Below, piece after piece: positions 57,454-58,284 of a DNA stretch of 58,284 nucleotides (positions are counted from its first letter, which is position 1; each line of letters opens with the position of its first letter). A model generated the notes under the pieces. The model searched no databases and had not been told where the DNA came from. It saw nothing but the letters and a program-made list of their open reading frames with translations. A program made the position numbers and the translations under genes. Source of the stretch: an uncultured Lentisphaeraceae bacterium (GTDB lineage Bacteria > Verrucomicrobiota > Kiritimatiellia > RFP12 > UBA1067); assembly GCA_964610015.1 (NCBI GenBank), contig CAZSUM010000001.1, positions 1-58,284 of the forward strand. Direction: 5' to 3'.

Positions 57454-58218
57454 ATGATGATGAACAAACCTTTTGCAGGAAAAACAGCGATTGTGACGGG
57501 CGCCAGTTCAGGCATTGGCCGAGCTACGGCAATGACACTCTCAAGCATGGGCGCGGCTGTTGTGTTACATGCACGGCGTCAATCGTTGCTTGATGAGGTC
57601 GCTGAGAACCTAATTGCACAGGGGGGCAAGGCATTGACTGTTGTGGGTGATGCGGGGTGTCAATCGGATCTTCAAGAGCTGATTCAGCAGGTTCTAGCGT
57701 GGGATCAGGGTGGACGAACCTTCGACATTGTCGTGGCGAATGCTGGACGTGGATTGGCTGGAGGCCTTCTCTCAAGCGATGAGTCACAATGGGAATCTCT
57801 TTACCAAACGAATGTGCTAGGAACCGCCCATTTGTTGCGGTTAGCAGGAGAACATCTAGCAAAAAAAGGATCTGGCGATTTGATTGTTGTTGGGTCTGTG
57901 GCTGGACACAACATCTCGCCCTTTAGCGGATTTTACGGATCAAGCAAGTTTGCAGTGGGTGCCCTCGCTGAGGCATTACGTCGTGAACTCTGTGGTCAAG
58001 GGGTTCGGGTAAGTACGGTATTGCCGGGTATTGTAACCAGTGGATTCCAAAAAGTTGCAGGGTACACGCCTAAAAACTTTGACCAATCAATCGCCCACTA
58101 TGGTCGTGTACTTGAACCGCAAGATATTGCTGATGGCATCGCTTGGTTGCTCTCGCGACCTTCTCATGTTCATGTGAGTGACATTACCATCCGCCCGACA
58201 GGTCAGGATTACCCTTGA
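57454..58218 (+). CDS. short-chain dehydrogenase/reductase
   Basis: TGASSGIGRATA, NAG, YGSSKFAV catalytic motif. ATG 57454 is preferred over the upstream GTG/TTG-extended ORF. Confidence 0.85.
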   Translation: MMMNKPFAGKTAIVTGASSGIGRATAMTLSSMGAAVVLHARRQSLLDEVAENLIAQGGKALTVVGDAGCQSDLQELIQQVLAWDQGGRTFDIVVANAGRGLAGGLLSSDESQWESLYQTNVLGTAHLLRLAGEHLAKKGSGDLIVVGSVAGHNISPFSGFYGSSKFAVGALAEALRRELCGQGVRVSTVLPGIVTSGFQKVAGYTPKNFDQSIAHYGRVLEPQDIADGIAWLLSRPSHVHVSDITIRPTGQDYP

Positions 58219-58284
58219 TCCTCCTTTGAAAGGTCTGCTACATGAAAGCGTGTTTAAACGTCATTACCGGGTTCACTGTTTTTC

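Noticed and set aside
1-58284. Searched by eye for tRNA T-arm motifs (GGTTCGAAT-like), rRNA, CRISPR-like spaced repeats, and transposase or integrase ORFs
   Set aside because: None found. The only GTTCGAAT-like string, at about 19085, lies in-frame inside the ABC-F gene.

Overview
58.3-kb, densely coding chromosomal window with about 47 protein genes. I saw no rRNA, tRNA, CRISPR array, transposase or integrase. Most genes are housekeeping: purA; the uppS-cdsA-dxr-rseP-ispG envelope/MEP block; ispF-cysS-tmk-holB-ricT-aroQ; and fmt, two pseudouridine synthases, a DinG-type helicase and an ABC-F ATPase. Between them sit PVC-superphylum-style accessory genes. These are a 716-aa beta-helix protein, a 1429-aa CxxCH + FGE-domain protein, a 1921-aa secreted giant, DUF1080, GH16, and MoxR-DUF58-BatA. 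An [FeFe]-hydrogenase and a two-subunit class I fumarase point to an anaerobe, perhaps Lentisphaerota-, Kiritimatiellota- or Verrucomicrobiota-like; this is inference from gene content only. I found no obvious defence or mobile island. The best novelty candidates are: (1) an M3 [FeFe]-hydrogenase with a TSCSPGW instead of TSCCPxW H-cluster motif, next to a NuoF-GltD fusion flavoprotein; (2) a co-directional cluster of the giant secreted protein, an orphan lipoyl+PSBD mini-E2, an SDR and a shortened ThyX-fold protein with a Cys-rich tail; (3) the CxxCH/FGE giant; (4) a stand-alone IMP-cyclohydrolase domain; (5) several sequence-level signals, namely a perfect 16-bp hairpin abutting a start codon, two TATAGT-N6-ATG leaderless-type promoters, and a direct repeat at the moxR promoter. 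All functional calls come from motif recognition by eye in the supplied translations. No searches were run.
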